Shown one piece after another: positions 17,182 to 26,745 of a DNA stretch of 64,000 nucleotides. The stretch comes from Candidatus Fimivivens sp. GTDB lineage: Bacteria; Patescibacteriota; Minisyncoccia; Moranbacterales; UBA1568. The notes under the pieces are model-generated. The model saw nothing but the letters and a program-made list of their open reading frames with translations, made no database searches and was not told the DNA's origin. Position 1 is the stretch's first letter; the number at the start of each line of letters is the position of its first letter. Position numbers and translations under genes: made by a program. The DNA is taken from positions 16,439 through 80,438 of the forward strand of contig DATMYW010000034.1 of the NCBI GenBank assembly GCA_035560715.1, read 5' to 3'.

Positions 17182-18945
17182 ATGAAGAAAAACATCATCG
17201 GCTGGAGCGGATTCGTGCTGCTCCTCATCATCACGGCCTCGATTTTCGTACGTGCGTACCGGTTCGACGACTGGCTTTATTTCAAGATGGACCAGTCCAG
17301 GGACGCATTCATGATAACCAACGCCGTCGAGAACGGTCCGCAGTACCTGCCGCTCCTGGGCGCCCGTGCAGGCGCGGTGAAACTCGATCACGGCTTTCTC
17401 CGTCTTGGACCTATCTTCTATTACTTCCAGTACCTTTCCGGCGTCATTTTCCACTCAACGCAGCCGTACGTGTACGCGTATCCCGACCTTTTCTTTTCGG
17501 TGCTCGCGATACCGATGCTCTACCTTCTGGTCAGGCGGTTTTTTTCGAAGCGAAATTCGCTGTTCATCGTGGCGATGTACGCGTTCTCATTCATCATAAT
17601 CCAGTATTCCCGCTTCGCATGGAATCCGAATTCACTGCAGTTCTTTCAACTCGTCAGTTTTTACGGATTGCTGCGATTCCTGAACGAACCCGTTGAAAAG
17701 CGGAAGAAGTGGTGGCTCGCGATGTGGGCGACCGGAATGACGATCGGCTCGCAGCTGCATTTCTTCGGATTTTTCAGTTTGGTGGGTATCTCGGGACTGG
17801 TCGTCCTGGCGCATTTCCGGATGTGGGAGAGTCGTCAATGGGCCGCCGTTATGAAGCGTGACGTGTTGCGAACGATCTTCCGTCATGTCGGCACCGCGGC
17901 ACTCGTCTTTTTTGTCTTCTACGCACCGGTTTTTATCAGCGACGTCTACAGGGGTGGTGAGAATACGCGCAATTTCTTCGAGGCGATCGGTTCCAAACCC
18001 GCTGACAAGCCGCTTAGCCAGAAATTGATCAAGGATATCACCGAAAACGTGAAGTACTACTGTCTTATCACGACCTCGCAGTGTTATGATGGCGGTGTCA
18101 GGAAGCACATTCCTGCCATAGTGGCGACGGCACTTATAATGCTGTCGGGTGTCATGCTGGTCATCCGTGGCCTTCTGAGTAGGACACTCGATCGATCAAA
18201 GCGAGATTTTCTGTTTCTGCTTGTCGCCTGGGTGACCGTCTTTACGGTCCTGACGATTCCGGTATCGTTTCAGTTGCGGCCGAGGTTCTTTATCGTCGTC
18301 TTCGCGATTCCGTTCATTTCGGTCGCCCTCCTGTTCGAATATCTAGAGGAAAAAGTGAAACCGGGACAGGCGCTCGCGTTCGCGTTTCTGGTGACGGCCG
18401 GAATCATCGCATGGAATACGACTGGCACGTATGCCTGGTTCAGGGAGCAGGCGGAGTCCCAGAATCACGCATTCGACGTGCAGCGGACGCTTATTCTCAA
18501 GGTCAAGGACGGCGTTACGCTCGGTGAACTGCAGGGAGTCACCGATTGGATGTATGAGAGGCATCGTTCCGGAGCGGCGCTGTATTACTATGTGAAACCG
18601 GAGCATGTCAGGCCTGTCGATTATCTTCTGTATCTCAAGCATGATTCCGAACTCCGTTACGCCACCATGTCGGAGAAGAGCGAACCCGAAGCACAGTTTT
18701 TCGCGATTACCCCGGCTGACAGCGGCATCGATGCCGCACGCAAGAAATTCGGAGATTCCCTGACGGTCGTCGATTCGGCCCAGTTCGGACAGTTGGTCGT
18801 TTCCGAACTCGATTATCCGGGCCGTTCGGCGACCGGAGATCGCCGATTCAACCGGACCGATGGGAAGTCGGACCGCGTGTTCTGGAAAGACGTATTCGGA
18901 GTGACCGACACTGACAGCGCCATACGGATAGATGCCTCGGAGTGA
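17182..18945 (+). CDS. GT-C-like polytopic membrane glycosyltransferase, paralogue 2 of 5
   Basis: VRAYRFDDWLYFKMDQSRD, then LGPIFYYFQY, then AYPDLFFSVLAIPMLY, then YSRFAWNPNSL. The start is taken at MKKNIIG, Met72 of the track ORF. Confidence 0.7.
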   Translation: MKKNIIGWSGFVLLLIITASIFVRAYRFDDWLYFKMDQSRDAFMITNAVENGPQYLPLLGARAGAVKLDHGFLRLGPIFYYFQYLSGVIFHSTQPYVYAYPDLFFSVLAIPMLYLLVRRFFSKRNSLFIVAMYAFSFIIIQYSRFAWNPNSLQFFQLVSFYGLLRFLNEPVEKRKKWWLAMWATGMTIGSQLHFFGFFSLVGISGLVVLAHFRMWESRQWAAVMKRDVLRTIFRHVGTAALVFFVFYAPVFISDVYRGGENTRNFFEAIGSKPADKPLSQKLIKDITENVKYYCLITTSQCYDGGVRKHIPAIVATALIMLSGVMLVIRGLLSRTLDRSKRDFLFLLVAWVTVFTVLTIPVSFQLRPRFFIVVFAIPFISVALLFEYLEEKVKPGQALAFAFLVTAGIIAWNTTGTYAWFREQAESQNHAFDVQRTLILKVKDGVTLGELQGVTDWMYERHRSGAALYYYVKPEHVRPVDYLLYLKHDSELRYATMSEKSEPEAQFFAITPADSGIDAARKKFGDSLTVVDSAQFGQLVVSELDYPGRSATGDRRFNRTDGKSDRVFWKDVFGVTDTDSAIRIDASE

Positions 18946-21152
18946 TCGTAATCGGACGAAAATTCATCTTATTCAATCACATGCGGGAGCTGATACGGAA
19001 AAGCGGCAGTTACCTAAGAAGGCATCACATACTCGCCGCTTTCGTGGCGTATGCCGCCTTGGCGCTTGTCTTTACGTACCCGTTGGTCTTCAACCTGACA
19101 TCGGTGATTCCGAAGGGAGGGCGGGACTCATTCCTGGTGATCGCGACTATAGAGCGGCTGTCGGATATCGTGAGGGAGCAGGGGTGGCGAAACGGTTTCA
19201 TCACCCTTGCGAAGACATACCAGTTGAACAGTTATCTTCCTTATGTCGTCATCGGACAGTTCACGACCGCATACGGAGCGAATAACATCCTGTTTCTCGG
19301 GAGTTTCCTATTTTCTGCGATCGGGGCGTACATGCTTGCGTATCACCTTACGAAAAGCGGTCCCGGATCGTTTTTGGCAGGTCTCATTTTCGCGTTCTCC
19401 CCGTTTCATACCTATCAGTCGACGGCCATCCATGTCGGATCGATGCATCAGGAGCTGTTGCCATTTTTCGCGTTGTACCTGATGCGCTTTTTCGAGGGTT
19501 TCCGATTCAGGCACTTTGCCATCGTTTCCGTACTGGCCGCGCTTATCGCGCTGACCGAACATCAGTTGCTCGCGTTCACGGTGATCTTCACGGCTGGATT
19601 TCTCGCGTATGCCGTCGTCACAAACAGGCGTGTCATCAGGGACAAGAGATTCTGGGCGTATTTTTCGGTTTCCGGCGCGCTGCTCTTCGTCTTTGCTCTC
19701 GTCCTGTTCAAACCGCTGCTTTCCGTGACATTTTCCGGAAACAATTATCTCGATCCCGGCATCAAGAGTGTACGGAATCTGTCAGCGTACGCGGTCGATA
19801 CGGTCCTCCCTCCGCAGTTTCACGGCATCTGGCCGGGGCTCAACGAATTCCTGCAGGAAAATGTCTTCCATACGTCGCACAAAGGGGATTCGTACTATGT
19901 CGGTCCGACGGTCTTCCTACTGATCGGATATGTCCTGTTCCGTCTGTTCGGGTCGCGTCGTTTAGCTTCTGATGATGGCGGAATGCTCCGTTTTTGGATT
20001 ATCGTGACTCTCGGTTTTCTCGTATTGTCGTTCGGTCCGACGATGAGCCTGTATCGCTGGACGATCCCTCTTCCGTATTTCGTTATTTATAAACTCGTCC
20101 CGTTTTACTCGAATATCAGGACCGTCGGACGTTTTCTGGTATTCGCGATCCTGGGTGCCTCCGTTCTTTCCGCGTATGCCGTGGCCGATATCCGCCGGCG
20201 AAATGTATCGAAGAACGTCGCCCGTGTCGCGATGGTGTGCGCATGCGCACTGGTTCTTGTCGAATATTGGATCGCCCCGATCCGTACGACCGTTTTTACG
20301 CATTCACCGTTCTATGACCGAATCGCGGAAGACGGAGGGACATACAGACTGCTTGAGATTCCGGGCAGCACGAACGATGTCTTTTTCAACTACGAATGGA
20401 TCACCAGGAACGTCCATCACAAGGAATTGCTCAACGGAATGCCGATGGCACGTGAGATCGACGGTCAGTTCGACTTCCAAAAGAATACGCCAGTGGTTCG
20501 CGAACTGCTCTACTCGATCCCGAAGGGGAGCGACCCGCTGGGAAAGAGCCAGAACGATATTCTCCGGGGTTTCGAATGGGTGCAGGCTCCGGATATTCTC
20601 AATTATGCGGGCGTCGGATTCGTGACGGTAAGCAAGGAGTACACGTCCGCGGAAGTGCGGGACACCGTCGAGCGATTCATGAGAGCATACGTTCCTTCCG
20701 CGGAGCGGATTGAGGACGAATTCCTGATCGCATATGCGATACCGAGACTGGATCCGATGGGAATCTATGCCGTGTTCCGGATCGATGGCGGGGGATTTTC
20801 CGATGTCTTTCCCGCTACCGACGGTTCCATGCGACGGGAAATCGGCGACGGCGCACGACTGAACGTCGTAAACATGGAGTCGGTACCCAAGCGGGTAAAG
20901 ATCGTCGTCAGCGCCCAATCGGTCAGTGATATCGGCTTCGACGTCACGACTGATGGGATTGCGGGTACAAGACGGAATCAGGTAAGTCCTGATGCGGGGG
21001 AGTATCTTTTTGAGACGACGCTCCTTCCCGGAAACAATGAGCTCGTCTTCCATGTGACGGATCGGAACGGGAATCCCGTGGCCGTCCGAGAGAAAAAGAA
21101 GGATCGTTTCAGGGCACTTATCGTCAGTGCCGTTTCGATCGTGACGGAATAA
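18942..21152 (+). CDS. Large polytopic membrane protein of 736 aa, probably a GT-C-fold transferase from a different family than the paralogue set
   Basis: About 13 TM segments followed by a roughly 250-aa soluble C-terminal domain. It overlaps the upstream stop by 4 nt (GTG start). Confidence 0.6.
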   Translation: MIVIGRKFILFNHMRELIRKSGSYLRRHHILAAFVAYAALALVFTYPLVFNLTSVIPKGGRDSFLVIATIERLSDIVREQGWRNGFITLAKTYQLNSYLPYVVIGQFTTAYGANNILFLGSFLFSAIGAYMLAYHLTKSGPGSFLAGLIFAFSPFHTYQSTAIHVGSMHQELLPFFALYLMRFFEGFRFRHFAIVSVLAALIALTEHQLLAFTVIFTAGFLAYAVVTNRRVIRDKRFWAYFSVSGALLFVFALVLFKPLLSVTFSGNNYLDPGIKSVRNLSAYAVDTVLPPQFHGIWPGLNEFLQENVFHTSHKGDSYYVGPTVFLLIGYVLFRLFGSRRLASDDGGMLRFWIIVTLGFLVLSFGPTMSLYRWTIPLPYFVIYKLVPFYSNIRTVGRFLVFAILGASVLSAYAVADIRRRNVSKNVARVAMVCACALVLVEYWIAPIRTTVFTHSPFYDRIAEDGGTYRLLEIPGSTNDVFFNYEWITRNVHHKELLNGMPMAREIDGQFDFQKNTPVVRELLYSIPKGSDPLGKSQNDILRGFEWVQAPDILNYAGVGFVTVSKEYTSAEVRDTVERFMRAYVPSAERIEDEFLIAYAIPRLDPMGIYAVFRIDGGGFSDVFPATDGSMRREIGDGARLNVVNMESVPKRVKIVVSAQSVSDIGFDVTTDGIAGTRRNQVSPDAGEYLFETTLLPGNNELVFHVTDRNGNPVAVREKKKDRFRALIVSAVSIVTE

Positions 21153-21161
21153 CAGAAACGT

Positions 21162-22775
21162 ATGCGTTTACGGTTCCCGCCGATGAAGTTGAGGTCCGGG
21201 GAAGGGATGGCGCTTGCCGCGACTTTGGCGGCAGGCGTTTTCCTACGAGCATACCGCTTTCATGACTGGTTGCACTTCGGTTCCGACCAGTCGCGGGATG
21301 CCGTTATCGCGTCGGGCGCCGCGTCAGGGAATATCCCGTGGCCGTTGCTCGGTCCGGAGGCGGCACATACGGGTTTTCATCTCGGACCCGCCTACTATTA
21401 CTTCCAGATCGTATCAGCGAAACTGTTCGGTCGCGCTCCGGAGGTGTTCGCATATCCCGACCTGCTGTTTTCGGTTCTTTCGATCCCGCTCCTCTATGTG
21501 CTGCTCGCAAGGTTTGTACGACGTCCCATCGCGCTGTCACTCACGTTCGTATACGCCGTTTCCTCCTACTCTGTTTACTACTCGAGATTCGCGTGGAATA
21601 CGAACCCGATCCCATTCTTTTCGATGCTGTTCATCCTGTCTCTGTCGGAAATCCTGCATTTCGGCGGTCGATCGCGATGGATGTGGGTCATTTTGCTCGG
21701 AATATCCGTCGGGATCGGTGTGCAGCTGCACACGATGCTGCTGACGCTTTTCCCGATCGTCACGATCATGACCGCCGCCGTTGGCCTGCGATACGATTTT
21801 CGGGCCTGGAACCGCTGGCTTGCCGTACTGGCGATCGCGTTGTGTCTCAATGGGCCGCAGATCGTTGACGGCTTCGCTACGGGCTTCGCGAATACGCGTC
21901 AGTTCCTCTCCGTTTCTTCCGATAAGTCCGGCAGCGGGGCCTCTCGGCTGGTCCGGAATCTGGAAAACGCGGTGCTGTGTCATGCGGAGGCGAATGCGGT
22001 CATGCTTTCGGCGGTCGGAGAGAACGACAAATGCTCTTACATATCGCTGTGGAAGCATCCGTCGGTGTCCATGGCCAGGCTCGGCCGGAGACAGTTCGTT
22101 ACAAGGAGTCTGGGGTACGTTCTCAGTATGGCGTTTTCCGTCGCCGGGTACTGGTCGCTCGCGAGGCAATTCCGAAATGAGTCCGATCGACGGAAAAAGA
22201 TTCTGCTCGGTATCGTGCTCCTGTACGTCGTTCTCACTTTCGTGTTGTCGGTACCCGTTCTCTTCGATGCCCCGCTTCGGTACTTCCTGCATACGATATT
22301 CGTCCCGTTCCTGTTCGTCGCTCTGATGATCGAGCGGTATGGAACATCCGCTCGGGGACATCTCATTTCGGCCACCCTCGGTATCGCCGCGGTACTCGTG
22401 ACGACGAACCTATATGCACTCGGCTCGCAGGCGTCCCATCTCGCCGGCATGACCAGGGGAGACGATGGATTCGCGGTCCTCGATCAGGTTGAGTCTCTGG
22501 TACAGTTCGCCGTCAGCTCCTCGTCCGGCAATGAAGGGTACCTTCTCGGACGTCATACCTATTTCTCCGCGTACGCATCCCCACTTGCCTACGTGGCTTC
22601 TCTTCGCGGGTACGTCCTTCGCCGGGCGGAATCGATCGATGATGTCCCCACCGGTGCGGACGTATTCTATCTCTGGCGCCCCACTCCTCCGGATACGGAA
22701 AAAAGGTTCGACGGACGCGCGGTGGAGCGATCCGTCACGATCGGGAATCTCGAGTTTTACATGGTGAGAAAATAG
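21162..22775 (+). CDS. GT-C-like polytopic membrane glycosyltransferase, paralogue 3 of 5
   Basis: LRAYRFHDWLHFGSDQSRD, then LGPAYYYFQ, then AYPDLLFSVLSIPLLY, then YSRFAWNTNPIPF. Confidence 0.7.
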   Translation: MRLRFPPMKLRSGEGMALAATLAAGVFLRAYRFHDWLHFGSDQSRDAVIASGAASGNIPWPLLGPEAAHTGFHLGPAYYYFQIVSAKLFGRAPEVFAYPDLLFSVLSIPLLYVLLARFVRRPIALSLTFVYAVSSYSVYYSRFAWNTNPIPFFSMLFILSLSEILHFGGRSRWMWVILLGISVGIGVQLHTMLLTLFPIVTIMTAAVGLRYDFRAWNRWLAVLAIALCLNGPQIVDGFATGFANTRQFLSVSSDKSGSGASRLVRNLENAVLCHAEANAVMLSAVGENDKCSYISLWKHPSVSMARLGRRQFVTRSLGYVLSMAFSVAGYWSLARQFRNESDRRKKILLGIVLLYVVLTFVLSVPVLFDAPLRYFLHTIFVPFLFVALMIERYGTSARGHLISATLGIAAVLVTTNLYALGSQASHLAGMTRGDDGFAVLDQVESLVQFAVSSSSGNEGYLLGRHTYFSAYASPLAYVASLRGYVLRRAESIDDVPTGADVFYLWRPTPPDTEKRFDGRAVERSVTIGNLEFYMVRK

Positions 22776-22778
22776 CCT

Positions 22779-24362
22779 ATGCACGCAATTCTCCGACGAA
22801 TCGGAATCAAGAAAGCGGTGATCATTTCACTTGCGATCATCACGGTGCTCGGCCTGTCGATTCGGACGTATCGCTTTCACGATTGGCTCAGGTTCAATGC
22901 TGACCAATCCCGTGACGCCGGTATCGTGAGTGATGTCCTCGACGGGAAGATCGCGCTTCCGCTGTACGGTCCGAAGGCCGGAGGGACGGAGTTCCGACTC
23001 GGTCCGGCTTTCTATCACTTTGAGATCTTTTCCGCTTGGTTGTTCGGCAACCGGCCGGACGTGATGGCGTATCCCGACCTGTTTTTCTCGATCCTGACGA
23101 TTCCGCTCCTCTATATCTACCTTCGCAGGCGGTTCGGGATGCGGATATCGTTGTCGCTTACGTTTTTGTATGCGGTTTCCTTCTATACGGTCAAATATTC
23201 GCGATTCGCATGGAATCCGAACTCGCTTCCGTTCTGGTCGCTGTCGTTTTTGCTCGGATTTCAGAAACTGTCCGAGGGAGCGCCGTCCGGCGGGAAACGA
23301 TGGTGGTTCTGGCCAGCAGTGACGGGTGTCGCGCTCGGCGTGGTGGTCCAGCTTCATACCCTGGCACTGGTCGCGTTTCCCACGATGGCCGTCCTGTCGT
23401 TCGCCTACCTGGCGCTTATTCGGAAACGGGATATACGGAAGCCGCTCGCCGTGGTATTCCTGATCGCTGTCGCCTGGAATGCCACTCAGGCATACGGGGA
23501 ATTCCGGACCGGCGGTGAGAATACGCGCGCGTTCATGAGCGGAGTCGGTACGAAGGAGAAGAAAGGGAGCGGCATGGCGCGCAACGCCATTAAGGAGGCG
23601 GTCTGCTATACGGATGCGAACGTCTACGTGCTTTCTTCCCGAGACCGTTCCGATACGTGCGAGATCAAGGGTATCACGAAGGGATCCGGTGCGGTCGTAT
23701 CCTTGCTTGGGCTTATTTTCATGATCGGCGGAATCGCACACTCGATACGTTCCGTGCTGAGAGAGCGGGACGAGCGGCGCGCATTCTTCACGCTCCAATT
23801 CCTGTCCGTCATGACGCTGTTCGCGCTCACGCTGCTTCCGCTTGCCAACGAGATATCGATGCGCTTCTTCCTCGTCATGACGTTCATGCCGTTCGTCTTC
23901 CTGGGCATGTGGATCGAATTCCTCGCGGAGCGCTTGCCGAAGCCTGCGGCGATGATCATATCCGGCATCGTCATCGTGTCGCTCGTCATGATGAACGCCG
24001 TCTCGATCGGACGTTCGTTCGTCGAATATGCCGGATACGCGACCCTGTCGGGAGGTGGGATGGATAACGTGACACTGAAGGAAGTGGAACAAGCGTCGGC
24101 CTTTATCGTCGCGAATGCGGGGGATTCGGATTCCGCGTATCTCGTCGGCGATGCGAAATATCTTTTCAAGGCACAGAAGTCCATCGACTATCTGACCAGG
24201 CGGGTCGGCATCCGCGTCTTACAGCCCGGGAAAAAAACGACCGAAGGCGTTCCGGTCTTTCTGGTCGACAACAGCGACAAGGCCGATGAGATCCTGGCCG
24301 CCGGCCACGTCGAGGCGTACGGCGTACTCGGTCGATTCACGATATTCAAACGCGAACTATGA
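22779..24362 (+). CDS. GT-C-like polytopic membrane glycosyltransferase, paralogue 4 of 5
   Basis: IRTYRFHDWLRFNADQSRD, then LGPAFYHFE, then AYPDLFFSILTIPLLY, then YSRFAWNPNSLPF. Confidence 0.7.
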   Translation: MHAILRRIGIKKAVIISLAIITVLGLSIRTYRFHDWLRFNADQSRDAGIVSDVLDGKIALPLYGPKAGGTEFRLGPAFYHFEIFSAWLFGNRPDVMAYPDLFFSILTIPLLYIYLRRRFGMRISLSLTFLYAVSFYTVKYSRFAWNPNSLPFWSLSFLLGFQKLSEGAPSGGKRWWFWPAVTGVALGVVVQLHTLALVAFPTMAVLSFAYLALIRKRDIRKPLAVVFLIAVAWNATQAYGEFRTGGENTRAFMSGVGTKEKKGSGMARNAIKEAVCYTDANVYVLSSRDRSDTCEIKGITKGSGAVVSLLGLIFMIGGIAHSIRSVLRERDERRAFFTLQFLSVMTLFALTLLPLANEISMRFFLVMTFMPFVFLGMWIEFLAERLPKPAAMIISGIVIVSLVMMNAVSIGRSFVEYAGYATLSGGGMDNVTLKEVEQASAFIVANAGDSDSAYLVGDAKYLFKAQKSIDYLTRRVGIRVLQPGKKTTEGVPVFLVDNSDKADEILAAGHVEAYGVLGRFTIFKREL

Positions 24363-25999
24363 TCCCTATGAACGATATTCTTCGTCGATTGCTGAGCCGG
24401 ACCAGGACCATACCGACATGGGTGTGGATACTGACCGCTATCCTGGCCGTCGGCATCGTGCTGCGTACGTACCACTTCCGGGAGTGGATGACATTCAATC
24501 CGGATCAGGCGCGCGACGCGCTTCTGGTTCAGGATGTCCTGGCCGGCCGCGCGCCGCTGCCCCTGTTGGGTCCGCAGGCCGGTAATACGGCCTTCAAACT
24601 CGGTCCGATCTTCTATCATTTCGAGATCGTTTCGGCAAAACTGTTCGGTACGGACGCGGTCAGCATGGCCTATCCCGACCTGATGTTCTCCATCCTGACC
24701 ATGCCGCTCCTTTTTGCGTTCTTGCTGAATTTTTTCGGCAAACGTCTCGCGCTCGTCCTTACCGCGCTGTATTCGGTCTCCTTTTTCATCGTCACGTATT
24801 CCCGCTTCGCCTTCAATCCGAATTCCATTCCGTTCTTCACACTGCTCTTCCTGACCGGCCTGCTTGCGATCATGAATGCCGGGAAGAGCGAGAAACTTTC
24901 TTCCGCGTCGATGGCAGGTATCGCCATGGGAGTCGGTATCCAGCTTCATGCCCTGCTTCTGGTCGCGATGCCGATCGTCGCCGCGACCGTGTTCATTTTC
25001 CAGTTTGCCCGCAGTCGGTTCGTTTGGAAGAGCGCCCTGACGATGCTAGCCTGTTCCCTCCTGATGAACATTCCCCAGATTGTCGACGGATCGCAGGCCG
25101 GCGGATCCAATTTTCGCGCGTTCGTCGGCGGCGCGGGTGCGGAGACGCGATCATCCGATTCGAAACTGGCGCGGAACACCGTGAACGACATCAGTTGTCA
25201 TATCCAGGGAGTAGCTTATATCGCGACCGGCATCGGAAACGGTGATAAATGCGACCTGATGAACCTGCGATCGCGGATCGCGTCAAAAGGGATACGGACC
25301 AATGTTGAGGATATCGTGATCGCCGCGATCGGGGTATTGCTGTATGTCGGGGGATCGGCCTTGTTAGTGATCCGCGCCCGACGGGAAACCGATGAGCAAA
25401 AGCGGAATTTCCTCCTATTGTGCGGTTCCTACTCACTTGTCGTGTTCCTGATATTCATTCCCGTTTCCGCAAGCGTCTCGATACGTTATTTTATCGTGAT
25501 CGCATTTGTTCCGTTTCTGTTTATCGGCCTCTGGATTCGGGTCATAGCGGATCGATTCCAAGAAAAGGTCGCGAAGTCCGTATGCCTGTTGGCGATGGTC
25601 GGATTTGCGACTTCGAACGTATCGTCGATCTCGGACGCCGTGGCGAAACTCTCCGACGGAAGCGCGAGTACGGTCGATGTCGCCGTATATGGCGAGGTCG
25701 AACGCATGGGATCGTATATCATGGACGGGAACGTGTCCGATCGGGAAATCTATCTGTCAGGTGGAAGCAAGTACCTGAAGCGGTTCTATATGCCGCTCAA
25801 GTATTTCGCCGCACGAGGCGGTATCGTCCTGACGAAGGTCGACAGCGAGCGTCCGGTCGATCCGAACGTTCCGATGTATTCCATCACGAAACGCCGACCC
25901 GGGACAGTATCGTCTGGTGTCGATGTGACGCTCCGACGAGATTTCGGAAATGTCAGTATCGTCAGGGTTGAAACTTCTGGTGCTGAATCGGACGAATAA
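24359..25999 (+). CDS. GT-C-like polytopic membrane glycosyltransferase, paralogue 5 of 5
   Basis: LRTYHFREWMTFNPDQARD, then LGPIFYHFE, then AYPDLMFSILTMPLLF, then YSRFAFNPNSIPF. It overlaps the upstream gene by 4 nt. Confidence 0.7.
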   Translation: MIPMNDILRRLLSRTRTIPTWVWILTAILAVGIVLRTYHFREWMTFNPDQARDALLVQDVLAGRAPLPLLGPQAGNTAFKLGPIFYHFEIVSAKLFGTDAVSMAYPDLMFSILTMPLLFAFLLNFFGKRLALVLTALYSVSFFIVTYSRFAFNPNSIPFFTLLFLTGLLAIMNAGKSEKLSSASMAGIAMGVGIQLHALLLVAMPIVAATVFIFQFARSRFVWKSALTMLACSLLMNIPQIVDGSQAGGSNFRAFVGGAGAETRSSDSKLARNTVNDISCHIQGVAYIATGIGNGDKCDLMNLRSRIASKGIRTNVEDIVIAAIGVLLYVGGSALLVIRARRETDEQKRNFLLLCGSYSLVVFLIFIPVSASVSIRYFIVIAFVPFLFIGLWIRVIADRFQEKVAKSVCLLAMVGFATSNVSSISDAVAKLSDGSASTVDVAVYGEVERMGSYIMDGNVSDREIYLSGGSKYLKRFYMPLKYFAARGGIVLTKVDSERPVDPNVPMYSITKRRPGTVSSGVDVTLRRDFGNVSIVRVETSGAESDE

Positions 26000-26189
26000 C
26001 AGGCGGTCGACCGTCGTGGCAGCTCGGGACATGTTTGACGTTCCAGTTGTCACAAGCCTTTGCCTGAGTATCGGAATCGACCCTCAAGCAAGCAATATTT
26101 TGTCAATCATCGAAAAACGGGTACACTGACGGTGAAAGAGACGGCTAGCCTACCGCGGCGCTTGCGGCAACGAAACCGGAACCTTCACA

Positions 26190-26657
26190 ATGAAAAAGAG
26201 ACTATTTCATATCGGGGATGTCATGAACCTTCTATTCTTTTATGACAATAACAAGAGTGAGTTATTCGGGGGAGAGGAAGAAACCGAAGGGCTTGATGTC
26301 TTATTCTCGTTCATGCTCGGAATGAACGTCGAGGATTTGAAAGGAGTGTTCGGTACCGATCCGATGATCCGAAAATTGCTGCAGCGGTTGTGCTATAAGA
26401 GTCTTTGGTACCAGTTGAGGGGGACTTTCAATCAAAAATGTCTGCATAAGACGTTTATCAATGCGAAAAGAAGGGCCCGGTACTCCGTCGACGAGGAAGA
26501 ACTCGAGTCGCATTGGCTCAGGGAGCAGGCGGAACGATACGGTGAGATGCATGAGGTTTTGTCGATCGGCTACCTGTATATACCCTTGAGCATGCCCGGC
26601 TCTCGTCAGAAGAAAATAGCGAAGTCAGCGATTCATCGGACCGTGAACACGAATTGA
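26190..26657 (+). CDS. Hypothetical protein, 155 aa, orphan, lower GC
   Basis: The ORF sits in a locally AT-richer segment. It has a promoter-like TTGTCA-16-TACACT upstream and a hairpin terminator downstream. Confidence 0.4.
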   Translation: MKKRLFHIGDVMNLLFFYDNNKSELFGGEEETEGLDVLFSFMLGMNVEDLKGVFGTDPMIRKLLQRLCYKSLWYQLRGTFNQKCLHKTFINAKRRARYSVDEEELESHWLREQAERYGEMHEVLSIGYLYIPLSMPGSRQKKIAKSAIHRTVNTN

Positions 26658-26666
26658 AACAGATAA

Positions 26667-26699
26667 CCCTCCGGATCGAACGTTCGGAGGGTCGTTTTG
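26667..26699. terminator. Hairpin terminator CCCTCCG, an 11-nt loop, CGGAGGG, then TCGTTTTG, shared by convergent genes
   Basis: A 7-bp GC-rich stem followed by a U-rich tract. It lies between the + orphan gene and the minus-strand flippase gene. Confidence 0.4.
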
Positions 26700-26745
26700 A
26701 TGTATTGTATTGTCGGGCACGAACCAAGTATTGAGCGATCGGGAT

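Noticed and set aside
22827-24092. 421-aa ORF on the minus strand opposite paralogue 4. There are many similar long antisense ORFs: 1124-1858, 3484-4422, 5845-6999, 20304-21053, 21537-22361, 30564-31460, 33589-34605, 38052-38918, 40117-40752, 41366-42028, 43871-44569, 45290-45889, 50040-50777, 56927-57874, 58123-58884 and 61110-61859.
   Set aside because: Each lies antisense to a gene with clear family motifs or TM architecture. The translations are Arg/Pro/Ser-rich and of low complexity, as expected for stop-poor frames in 58% GC DNA. None has a recognisable domain.
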